The position numbers were made by a program, and so were the translations under genes. The notes under the pieces were generated by a model that saw only the letters and a program-made list of their open reading frames with translations, did not search any database and had not been told where the DNA came from. A stretch of DNA of 64,000 bases from the NCBI GenBank assembly GCA_030704615.1, contig CM060731.1, forward strand, positions 8,556,001 through 8,620,000, given 5' to 3'. Position 1 is the first letter of the stretch. Every line of letters begins with the position of its first letter. Positions 26,587-37,927 of this stretch are shown piece by piece. The DNA is from Takakia lepidozioides. Lineage: Eukaryota; Plantae; Bryophyta.

Positions 26587-28065
26587 ATGAGCATCCCCTC
26601 TCAAGAATATAAAGGTAGGTTGTTGTCTCTCTTCTCTCACAACTCATTTCATTTCTGGAAATCTCTCACTCTCACTCGCTCTTTCTTTGTGCTCTTTCTT
26701 CCAAGCTCTTCTTATGGCAGGAATGATCAAGCGTGAACGTCCCATGCTTTTGGTAGACGATTTAGACCTCACTGTGAGAGATGCTGCTTTTGAGGGTCTA
26801 GTGTTGAGTCGCTATGGCAATGTCAACAAACCCAGTGTTCTAGATTCTCCCAGCACCTGTTCCTACTTGCACTGTGATTTGACAGATCGCCTTGGGTTCA
26901 CCACAGTTAGTGTTACAATCTCAGGCTCTCTTGTCCCTGTTCATTCTGACAAGTTCAACAAGGGCTCTTGCGTGCAACTTGAGAACTTTTTAGTGCGTCC
27001 TAAGTTGAAGTTTGAAAAGGGGGATCTGATGTACTGCCTGAAGATCACCTCAGCTACTGTTGTGCAGGTCATCCCGCCGTTTCACAATCCTCCGGTACTG
27101 AATTTCTTGCACAAAGATACCATCAGTGCCTTCTCCAAGCGCTTTCATGAGAAGTTTGAAACACCTACCATTGTTGTGGTTGTCATTGAAGTCCGTGGTC
27201 AGGTGGAGCAACGATTTGAACTGACTATTGCAGATGGAGCATCTCAATTGGATGTCCAGATTGTAAGTAAATTCATATCATGTCTTGGTTGCTTTCTTTT
27301 ATTTCTGGTTTTTCTTTTTTCTTGCTATGTATCTAATATCTAGATACATGCTATTGATACAGGTGAGTTTCTTGCCGGCATTCCATGCTGAATATGATCG
27401 CCTAGTGCAGCAGTTCCGAAGAGGGAAGCTTATTTATGCCCTGTTTAAGAACATTAGAGCCACTCAAAGTGACGATGTGCAGCTGCTCACCCTTCCGTGT
27501 ACCATCTTTGCTCCGGTTCTTGATGATGATGCACGAGCCAATTTGCAGCGGGTACACAATGCTCATACAGCCCATGGAGGCAACGAAATAGCAACTCAGG
27601 TAAAATCTTATTTTCCTCTATGTTTTTCCTTCCTTTCCGTATTCTTTCATGTCTGTTATATAGGTTTAATCTTTTCTCTTTGCTGCTTTTCAGGTCACAG
27701 TGATTTTCCATATCAAGTCACCTTCAACTCCCCCTTTCAAGCATGTTTGTGCTGCTTGCGGGCTTGAAGACATAGCACGTCAAGACGACGGCCTCTTCTA
27801 CTACAATGCTTACAAAGCGGCTGGCCATTGTGCTCTTCAGGTGTACATAATTGGTAATGTGCAGGGTGTGGATGGGGTTGTTCAGGTCCATGTCAATTCG
27901 GACTGGGTAGAAGCGATAGTAGGAATGAATGAACATGATCTGAAGGCTGCTCATAGGGCCGATAGGCTCTCCGTCATCAAGGCCCTCTCCAATGTTTATC
28001 ATGTGAGGCGTTTCTCTTTGAATCTTGTGGGAGACTTAGTTGGTTTCGAAGAGCATGCTGCTTGA
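26587..28065 (+). CDS. RPA70-like multi-OB-fold ssDNA-binding protein associated with the Helentron, 4 exons, ~392 aa
   Basis: Exons 26587-26614, 26721-27262, 27363-27599 and 27694-28065 give an uninterrupted 1179-nt frame. OB-fold-like LHCDLTD...V.VTI.G.......DKFNKGSCVQLENF.V and a C-terminal HVCAACG zinc-ribbon half. Lies directly upstream of RepHel on the same strand. Confidence 0.7.
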
Positions 28066-28669
28066 TTTCCAAGAACATAGCATAGCATAATCTTGCCTTG
28101 CTTTGCTTTGATTGGCTTTCATTTGCTTTCTGGTTTTCCAGGACAGTTTTTGGCTTTACAAGCTTCTCATGTTGTTGTCCACACAACTTACTTGGACTTT
28201 ACAAATCAATTTTTGTTGTATGTGTGTTTTTTGTTTAATACATGAGTGTTTCAAGAAGAAAACAAATGTGTAATCCATGTGAATCAGTTATCAGTTTTCA
28301 GACTTTTGGTTTTCAACAAGTCCTTTAGCTAGTCCCTAGATTATTTAGTCAAGTTTCTCAACGAGTTCATAAGCAAGATCTTCAATTTTCTACCTTGGTT
28401 TCATATACTAAATAATAAATCCTCAACCAATTCTATTTTCTTAATATTGTTGAGAGCATATTAAACATATTCACTCATAATACCATTATTCTACTCATTA
28501 TTTTCTTAGTTTCTTAGAGAGATATTCTATAGTCTTATCAGGTATACTAATTAAATTACATAAATTAATTAATATTTCAAACTTACTCAGGATTTTTAAA
28601 TTTAATTAAATATTGAAAATATACATTTCTACATTTTAACAATTGAAGGTTTTACATGCTACATGTTTC

Positions 28670-28985
28670 AGAGTGTCTACAAGTTTAATTAGGGATATTC
28701 CAGGGTTTCCAATGTATAGTAAGGTTTTTATACATTTAAGCTTTTACAAATTAAACTAAAAACAAGGAATTTAGGGCTTCATGATATTTTAGGATTTCTA
28801 CAATTTATTAGGAATACCTGTTACATTGCCGTTTACATAATAGGGTTTCAAAGAGTCTGAAAATTAAATTAGAGATATTTCAGGGTTTTTCAGTTCAATT
28901 AGGGTTTTATATATTTAAGTTTTATAAAAATAAAAAATAAAACAGGAAATTTACGGCTTCACGATATTTTAGGGTTTCAAAATTT
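28670..28985. repeat. AT-rich ~180-bp direct duplication inside the Helentron
   Basis: 28681-28795 is similar to 28861-28975, and both contain TTAGGG/TTTAGGG-like words. Confidence 0.6.
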
Positions 28986-29100
28986 TAAAATTCACTTCTA
29001 TCTATATGTTTATGGTACTTCAAGTTTATTTTTCAATACTTTTCCTTAGTCGGGCTGTGATTATGCCCTTCAACCAAATTCCCATTGTGTTGGATTTGGC

Positions 29101-32100
29101 TTGGAAGGAATTTGGTCATTGATGCTTCATAAAAAAAAATCTCCTAAATATAAAGTACCTAACAATATTCATCTAAATAATCCTATATATAATGTTCAAA
29201 AACTAAATGCACTAGAAGAAAGATTAATTGCACCATGTATGGCTTTTGCACAAATATATCAATTGAAAGGTTATGCTCAATATGGTATTCGTGGTAGCAT
29301 AATTAATGTTCCAGCAAATATTAATGATACACAAGCGGTTCTACCTCGCATGCCACATGATGATGCTACAATTGGATTACTTTTGAAACGTCGATTAGAA
29401 TATAAAAATCCATATTTATCAGGAACTGTACGTCCAAATTTTATCATGTTAGCTTTACATGATCTTCTAACTACTCCATTATATATGGAAGCTCATGTTA
29501 CTATTCGTCCAGAATGGTCTGGTTTATTTGCAATGTTTCGTCAAACAGAACAAAATAATCAAAAACATTGTCTTAATGAAGAAAGTTCTGAAGAAGTTAT
29601 CGAAAATACTCCAGATAGTTTTGAGGAAGTTACCGAAAATATTACTAGTGATACTTTGGTGAAAAATATTCTCACTTCGGAACAAATCCAAGTATTTCAA
29701 GATGATCTTTTGACGGTAGCTCCTAGTCAAGATTTCAAACCATTAGGTCTATTTCAAGATATTCATAGCGAAGAATTAAATTTTCCTAGCTTGTTTTTTG
29801 GACATCCTCGATCAAATTGTTCGGATTTATCTTATCAAGATATTGCACAGTGGGAATTATTACATAAAGACCATGATTTTGCACGACATATTCCGAATCT
29901 TTTTTTTAAAGCTATAAAAGTATTAATTCATGGTGTTACTTCATCTTCTTGGATTCGTATTCGTAAAGGTAAACTTCATGGTAGACAATTAAAGGCAGGT
30001 GATCTCTTTGAAAAACCAAATTTGGATAAGCTATTGCGCTCAGATCTAGGCTATAGAGATCTAGAACGATTATGAACATCGCCCGATTACTTGGCTCTTC
30101 TTCGAAAAGAAGATTTTGCAATGATTCGACAATTGGGACCCCCTACTTTTTTGTCACATTCACAAGTGCTGAAAGTAAATGGACACCACTATTAGAAACC
30201 ATTCATTCTCTCAACTATGAAAAATTAGAAATTCCGGATAATATACAAAACTTAGAAACTAAACACATTGCCGAGTTAGTCCGATCCGACCCCTTACATG
30301 TGTTCGATATTATGATCATCGAATGGGTGCTTTTAGAAAAAAAAATCATACCATTTTTGGACCCCTACGTGATTTTTTCTATGTTACGGAATTTCAAAGT
30401 AGAGTAGTGAACATGACCATGGAATGTTGTGGATAGCTAATGCACCCATTTATGGAATAGACCAAAATAAGATGATTGAAGATTTTGTGGATAAATATAT
30501 AACATCTGATAGTAATGTTCTTCCACCTAGTCTTCGTGAAGCTCAAATCCATCGACACAAACGGACATGTAAAAAAAAAATCAAGCTATATGTCGTTTTC
30601 ACTATCCATTGCCCCCAATGATTTGTACTACTATTTTGGAACCTTTCACTGAAGAATTAAACAGAAAGGATTTTAAACATTATACATTGATATCAACTCA
30701 AATATTTACTGAGTTAAGTAAAACGGATATGGGTATAGATATTTCATTTGATGACTTCCTTTCATTATTACGTATTGATAAAATAAAAAATAATATATAT
30801 ATATATGTGCATTGCGTATTAGATTGCAAAAACCTACTTTATTTTTAAAAAGAGCATGTAAAGATATCCGTACTAATGCATTTGGTATCCACGCTGGCCC
30901 ATTGTGGCAAGCTAATACTGATGCACAATATATTCTCGATCCTTATGCTGCAACAAGTTATTGTACTTCTTATTTAACTAAGATAGATAAAACTATTATT
31001 AATGAATTTCGTACAATAATAGAAAAATATAAATCAGAACAAGTTGATGCAAATGTTAGAATCCGTAAGATGGGAAATGTGCTCTTGAATGCCCAACAAA
31101 TGTCCGCTCAATTAGCTGCATACGTTGTCTTATCTATACCATTATATCATGCATCCAGAACTTTTAAATTTCTAAACACATCACCGCCTCAAGAACGGGC
31201 ATTTGTGCTAAAAGCTTATAAAGATTTACGACGACTCTCTCCCGAATCTACGGATATAAAGTGTGCATCTGCTATCGATAAATACATAGATCGCCCAACT
31301 ACATTAAATCATTTAAAATATATAGCAGATTATACAATGGAAAAAAATAATATAAAGCGTCGTAAAAAATCTCATATCGTTAGATATGTGCATTACAATG
31401 AGCATCGAGATTCTAAAAATTATTATCGAGAACAACTTCTACTTTTTCATCCATTCATAAAAAGTGAAGAATCTCAAAAAGACAACCGTAAACTTCGCAT
31501 GATGCGTATATGAATCATGAATCAACTATTTCATTAATACGTAATAAATTCATATACAAGTTTTCTATAGAAAATACTAATACATCATCTTGGAATATGT
31601 TAGAGACAAATGCTCACGAATTAGCCAAAATCAATGATACTAGTATATGGATGAATAACTTTCTTGATGCTGATGTTGATGCAGAAACCATTCCACAATC
31701 ATTAATAAGTAGTACTGGGATAGAACCATATGACATAGCTACTGAATTTCATTTGCGCCCTGAAATTGGTTTATCGACAATGCCTGATGCGAATATTTCT
31801 TCTGCGTCTGATAACATTATTTCCACAACAGAATTTTATGCACAAGTACGAAAACTTAATATAGAACAACACACAATTTTCGATGATTGTATGTATAGAA
31901 AATATTTGTTTCCCAATAAACCTTTGCACTTGTTTTTAACAGGGGGGGGCAGGAACCAGAAAAACATTTACTTTGTTGCTTATTATTCAAGGTTTATTGA
32001 GATTTTACAATAGACATCCACAATCTGACCCCCTTAAACAAAAAACAATTCTCATGGCATATACTGGAAAGGCTGCTTTCAAATATAGATGGAACAACAA

Positions 32101-33977
32101 TCCATTCAGAACTAAGCATACCTCTTAATTGCAAAGATTTGTCATCGCTAGGTTCTGAACGATTAGACACATTAGTAAAAAAAAATTAATGAACTACAAC
32201 TTATGGTATTAGATGAAGTATCTCTTGTAGGTAGTAGGATGTTTGCGTTTGCTGATCAACGATTGAGATCAATAAAACAAATTCATAATTCTTACTTTGG
32301 TAATATTGATGTTATTATCACTGGAGATTTCTACCAAACACCGCCAATACGAGATTCATGGGTTTTCAAAAAGAAAAATGAAGGTCTTGATGCTATAGTA
32401 CCCGGTTTTTGGCAAGATTGTATTAAATGTTACGAACTTAATCAAGTAATGCGTCAATTAGACAATGAATTCATTGCCATCTTGAATCGACTGCGAATTG
32501 CAACCGCAACTCAATTTGATATTGATACTATAAATCGACAATGTTGTCGTCCTGCTCCTAACAATCCAACATTTCCACATTTGTATCATACAAACAAATC
32601 TATGTTAGTTCATAATCACAAAGCATTTGAACAAACTAAAGGAAGTATATATATTTTTGAAGCTATTGATAAACATAATGATACGTGTCCATCCACTTTT
32701 AAGCTTTCACATAATGTAGCCAATACAACTGGCTTACATACAATCATTCGTGTAAAAGAAGAAATGTTGGTGGAGTTATGTGCAGGCAACTATGCAACAC
32801 ATGATGGTTTAGTAAACGGAGCAGACGGTATATTTAAACATACTTCAGTGTTAACAGATTCAACACCTTTAATATGGATACAATTTAATAATCCAAAATC
32901 TGGTGTTGCTACACGTGCAAAAAATATTCATTTATATAGCTCAACCATAAATAAGTTATGGACTCCAATTCAACCTATTACAAAAGAAATTCAAATAGGA
33001 TCCAATACATCACATATAATTACAAGAACACAATTTCCTATTCAATTAGCAGCTGCACGAACTATACATTGTTCACAAAGATTAACTTTAGACTATTTGC
33101 CGTTTGATCCAACAGGAGTACATAAACATGGTTTACGTTATACAGCTTTGTCTCGAATACGTAAAAAAGAAAATTTGTATCTCCTATCAAATTTACAATT
33201 ATCAAATTTTCATGTTGATAATGGTGTGGTTGAAGAAATGCAAAGATTGAAAACAACAGCAAAATGGGAGTTGATCATTCCAACTTTAACCATATATACA
33301 CAATCACATGTTCTTATACAACATTTAAATACTAGATCGTTATTATTACATAGAGAAGATGTATGTGCAAATCACAACTTACAAGCAGCTCATATTTTAT
33401 GTTTTAATGAAACACATTTTAATCCAAAAACTTCTGACATAAACTTATTCATAGATACCAAAAAATATTCGCATGTGGCTGTTCATGGTAGCCATGGTAC
33501 AATGCTATTATATGACAAAACAGTATCGTTAACATCGTATGAAATATTTTCATCTTCTGGTGCTGAATATATAATGGCTACTTCAACAAAAATACAAGAA
33601 GAGCTATCCACATTATTGTCATTTACAAATCTCCATCGCTTTCAATACCCACATTTTTATCTTCTTTACAAACAATTGTTGATAAGATGCCAAGTTTTTG
33701 CCCCACCATTATCATGGGTGATTTTAATATTGACATGCTAGAAAATAATTCATCAATGTCAAAGCAACTGTTACAATTTATGAAGACGATTAACATGACA
33801 CTTCAATTTATGCAAGCTACTACAATATATGGTTCACAATTGGATCACATTTGGACAAATACACCAAACCAACAATGCATATCTGGAGTTACAGAAGCAT
33901 ATTGGACAGATCACAAACCTACATATATAGCTTTCAAGTTGCCAAATCACGTTGTTAAATATCATCATTCACATTAG
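29101..33977 (+). mobile_element. Helentron/Helitron2-type RepHel: HUH Rep, PIF1 helicase and C-terminal AP endonuclease; frameshifted
   Basis: EERLIAP..FAQI...QYGIRGSIINVP; EELNFPSLF; MIRQLGP.TFFVTFTSAE.KW; EFQ.R..EHDHGMLW; QIHRHKRTC; FLTGGAGT(R)KT; LDEVSLV; GDFYQ.PP; RTQFPIQLAAARTIH.SQ. Then the endonuclease motifs HLNTRSL, CFNETH, IIMGDFNID, GSQLDHIW and WTDHKP. Confidence 0.92.
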
Positions 33978-34949
33978 TGTTGCCTTATATATTTCATATT
34001 GGAGGGTGGAGCCATTACGCGTCAAGCCGCTTGTTGTATAGTGCATCCTTGGGCTTTCATACTTCATAAAAGCAAGCATACTTGGGCATACCCTATGAAC
34101 ATCTAGAATGCATTGCTCACGGGGGGATCACTATATGCATTTTTTCCATATCACGTGTGTATAAAGGTATATTTATACTAGGCTATATTTTTAAAATTTT
34201 GCATTTTTTTCCACCCTATCTTTAGGTAATATTGTAAAACCCTTTGTTTCCTAATACCCTATTTTTCTTTATAATTTTTTTGTAACAATTAATTAGACCT
34301 TATTTAAATAATTACAAAATTTCAAAGCATGTACACAAACAACATTCCATACATAAGTCAACTGCCGGACCTAAAGAAAAGTTTAATTTTCATTAGCCAC
34401 GAACTCATTCAAAAGCCGTAGCATCACTTGGATCTAAGGAGTACAAGTTTCTAAGATGGTTCAAATGTCATAGTCATTGTTGAGATTACGGTCTCAACAT
34501 CAATCCACTCTGTATCACTAGAACCATATTTGAACTTCAGGTGACCTCTACCTTTGGAGAGCCAATTCAAAAACATCATAATCGAAGGGCCCCCAGATTT
34601 GGGGAGAGCAGGCTTATTCATCAAATAAGCCTAATGAATAAATGAAGTTTTGAGAATATTTCATCCTGATAGATTAGAGTTGGATGAAATATGAGAAACT
34701 TCATAAGGATGGATACATTACATTGTAGATAAAACCCTTTATTACATTAATTTTTTAAGTAAAACTCTGAATTTTTGTGACCATTTTCTTTAAGAAAAAA
34801 ACTGGGTGACAGGATATTGCCTACCATATTTTCTACGTAAAACATTTCTAAAATTTACCTCAAAAAAATAAACTACACCCTATATTTGTTCTCACGTGGT
34901 TTTGAAAATATGGGGAGTGACCCCCCCAACTTGGCATTGCTTCTCAAAT

Positions 34950-35842
34950 TTTGCTTGTTCTTGTTGTTTTTATTTTTGAGCTAAGTGCTTGGCATTGTCT
35001 ATATGGGTGGATGAGTAAGGAAATGGGGCAACGGGGAGGGCTCATGGGTTTTAATCCAGCGCCTTGTCCTTGTGTACCAGTCCTTGTGAGGGCTTTGAGT
35101 GCATTGTCCCACCGTACCAGGGTCTCCAGGGCCTTTAGTGCAAAGTACACCTACAATATATTGTCCAACATCATTGGGCCTTCAAGCATACTTAGACATT
35201 CATTGCATGAAATTGTCACACCATTGTTGTTTTTATTTTTGAGCTAAGTGTTGAGCATTGCCATGGATGCATGAGCACAAAATGGGGCAATGTGGAGACT
35301 TATGGGTTTTGATCCGGTGCCTTGTCCCTGTGTACCAGGGCTTTGAGTGCATTGTCCCACCATACCAGGGTCTTCAAGGGCTGCAAGTGCAAGGTATGCC
35401 TTCAATATATTGTACCAACATCATTGGGCCTTCAAGCCATATTATTAGACATTAATTGCATGGAAATTGTCATACCATGAGTATCTAGTATTGAGCATTA
35501 CCTATATAGGTGGATGAGTAGGAAATGGGGCAATGTGGAGGGCTTATGGGTTTTGATCCCTCGTGCCTTGTCCCTGTGTACTAGGGCTTTGAGTGCATTG
35601 TCCCACCGTACCAGGGTCTTTAGGGTCTCAAGTGCAGGGTACCAACATCCTTCGGCCTTCACACAAGTACAATTAGACATTCATTGCATGGAAATTATCA
35701 CACTATGTCACATCATAAACATCTAGAATGCATTGGTTATTGTTCTTGTTGTTTTTAGTTTTGAGGTAAGTGTTGGGCATTGCCTATATGGGTGGATGAG
35801 TAGGAAATGGGGCAATGAGGAGGGCTTATGGGTTTTGATCCG
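34950..35842. repeat. Tandem repeat, ~245-280-bp unit, ~3.4 copies
   Basis: GAGCTAAGTG..GGCATTG...GGATGAGTAGGAAATGGGGCAATG...GGGTTTTGATCC recurs at about 34978, 35241, 35485 and 35763. Confidence 0.8.
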
Positions 35843-35844
35843 CT

Positions 35845-37390
35845 CAAGACACTTTTGCTCTTGTCATCAATTTTCTCACGAATGATTGGGAGACAAACAT
35901 ATTACAGTGGGATTGTTTGAGGCTATTGATACAACGGGGCCAGTCTAGCAATCCAGCTTCGTTCTTTGCTTGAGAAGTACGGACTAACATATAAAATTAT
36001 TTGATTTGTGAAGGATGAAGGCACAAACCTGAGCACCATGGCAGTCGCCCTTAGGGAAGTGGTGTTATATGAGGCATTAAGGGCCAGACAGTACCATATG
36101 AGGGTGCTTGTTTTGATCATGCCATGTCAAAAGCATGTCAGTATGCTATAACAGACAAGAATGTGAGTCAGGATCTAGGCACTATGAGCATCAAAGTTGC
36201 ACAATCCGCGATACAATCATGTATCACTTGGCCAATGAAGTTAGGTAAAGGTTCAAAGGAGTGCACATATGTTGCATGGATTCCAACTTGAGGCCTCGGA
36301 AATTGAGCACTCCTGTGAAGACTCGTTTTGCATCAAAGGTTATCATGTTTCAGCAGACATTGGAGTTTAGGCCTGCAATCAATCTTTGCTATAGTAGGCT
36401 GTTGAAAGCATGGCAGGGTGGGCCCAAAATGAAAGTCACAGACAGTTTATTTTTTCATTTTGTATATATAGGACTCAATGAAGATATTAAGTTGGAATTT
36501 TTTATGGGTTACGAAGCAAAATCTAGACCATTGTTGAAGTTTCCAACATAATGAAACTTGAATCAGACAAATCTGACAAGATTTGAAAGCCATATAAGTC
36601 CATGAGTGCATGAATCTTGCGCAGTCACAAAGGGTGATATGCCCTTCATGGACTCATGGGGAAATGAATCCAACATCCATTGTAGATGCATTGATCTCCC
36701 TTGTTATATGAAAAATGGTTCAATGGTCAAAATTTCCTCCCCTACAAGTGTTGGACGTAATTAAATATTTACAGATTTGGTGAATGATCACCTTGATTTT
36801 GGACATGCAATCTTTATTATTTTTTATATCTTCTTTCACAATAAGATAAATTGAAAGCTTATGGAGTGAAACTTGCCTACAAAAATTAGATTCGAACCCA
36901 CCTATGAGTACTTGTAAATTTTCAATCTATGAATTGATGTCAATAAAGGGCGAGATTAATAAATAAACTTAGGGAGGTAGCATGATATCATATGTATGTA
37001 GTCTTCAAGGTTTCACAAATAGGTTTGTCTAAAAATACACTGTTCATGAAAATGGACTCGAGGACTCCAGATTCTACGGTTTTTGGCCCACCCTATCCTG
37101 CATTGCAAACTATAGCTTTGCAAAGCCACATTCTAACGACACAAATATGGGCTGTGGCAGAAGCGATTTCTACCATATTGTCTGTAGTTGTCTCTGCTCA
37201 TGTGTTGAACCAACGACGAAGTTACCGGTTGTTGAGTGATGCGCTGATCACCGCAAATTTAGATGAGTGTTCTGATGGTTGGTGAGCGCTTGGAGATGGA
37301 GGCTATAGTGGTAGCAGCCCCCCGCCTTAACTTCGCTACCAAGATTGTGCTTCATAATGCAAAAATGCGAGAGCAGGTGGTAAAGGTCTT
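35845..37390 (+). mobile_element. hAT transposase relic, central part (same family as 60338-62631), interrupted by a MITE
   Basis: DTFALVINF...VKDEGTNL...CF.HAMSKACQYA...RKLSTPVKTRFASKVIMFQQTLEF...CYSR//Q.IALQS.I...QIWAVA...MREQVVKV aligns colinearly with the 62631 ORF. Confidence 0.85.
36400..37107. mobile_element. ~700-bp non-autonomous TIR element (MITE-like) inserted in the hAT relic
   Basis: Inverted AGGGTGGGCC(C)AAAA at 36415-36429 and 37081-37094. The hAT reading frame (CYSR|QTIALQS) resumes after it. Confidence 0.65.
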
Positions 37391-37499
37391 CCACTAGTGG
37401 AGAGGGTCCTTACAAACTCTTGAATGCACAGCTACGCGACGAAAGCATGCTAGCTCTTGCTTCACGGCCTGATGCATACATAAACTTCAATTACTTGTT

Positions 37500-37927
37500 A
37501 CAATAATATGTAAGATCCAGTGTTCAAGACATGTTGAATGTTGCACGTTGGAAAGAAAGAAATGTGACCCAATTAACTAAGCAAATCATTGGATTGAGAG
37601 TTCTTACATGTTCCCTTGTTGTGTCCACTTGTGAATATGACGCTCCAAAAACAACATTATTGTCCTCAAAGACAGCATTCGTGTCTACACTATGGGTTTC
37701 AGTATCCAGATCCACAACTTCTGCTTCGTGTGATTTCCGATAAATTGAAAGTAACTGCGCCGGAATGAGCAACAATGTATCATACTACATCGCAATGTTC
37801 ATGGCAGACATCCGACCAACATAAGCACCAACAAGAGACAAGTCTTTGATGTGTGGGTCAAGCATCACAGCCATCATGTTATGGGTCTTTGTGGGTATGT
37901 AGATTGTCATGAAAGATAGAAATGATG
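37500..37927 (-). mobile_element. hAT transposase relic, downstream part, inverted relative to 35845-37390
   Basis: SFLSFMTIY..KTHNMMAVMLDP..KDLSLVGAYVG matches EPFLSF...KAHNMLALMLDPRYKGLSLVSQYVG of the 60338-62631 copy. Confidence 0.8.

Noticed and set aside
34950-35842. CRISPR-like array
   Set aside because: Whole units are homologous with no unique spacers, the context is eukaryotic, and there are no cas genes.
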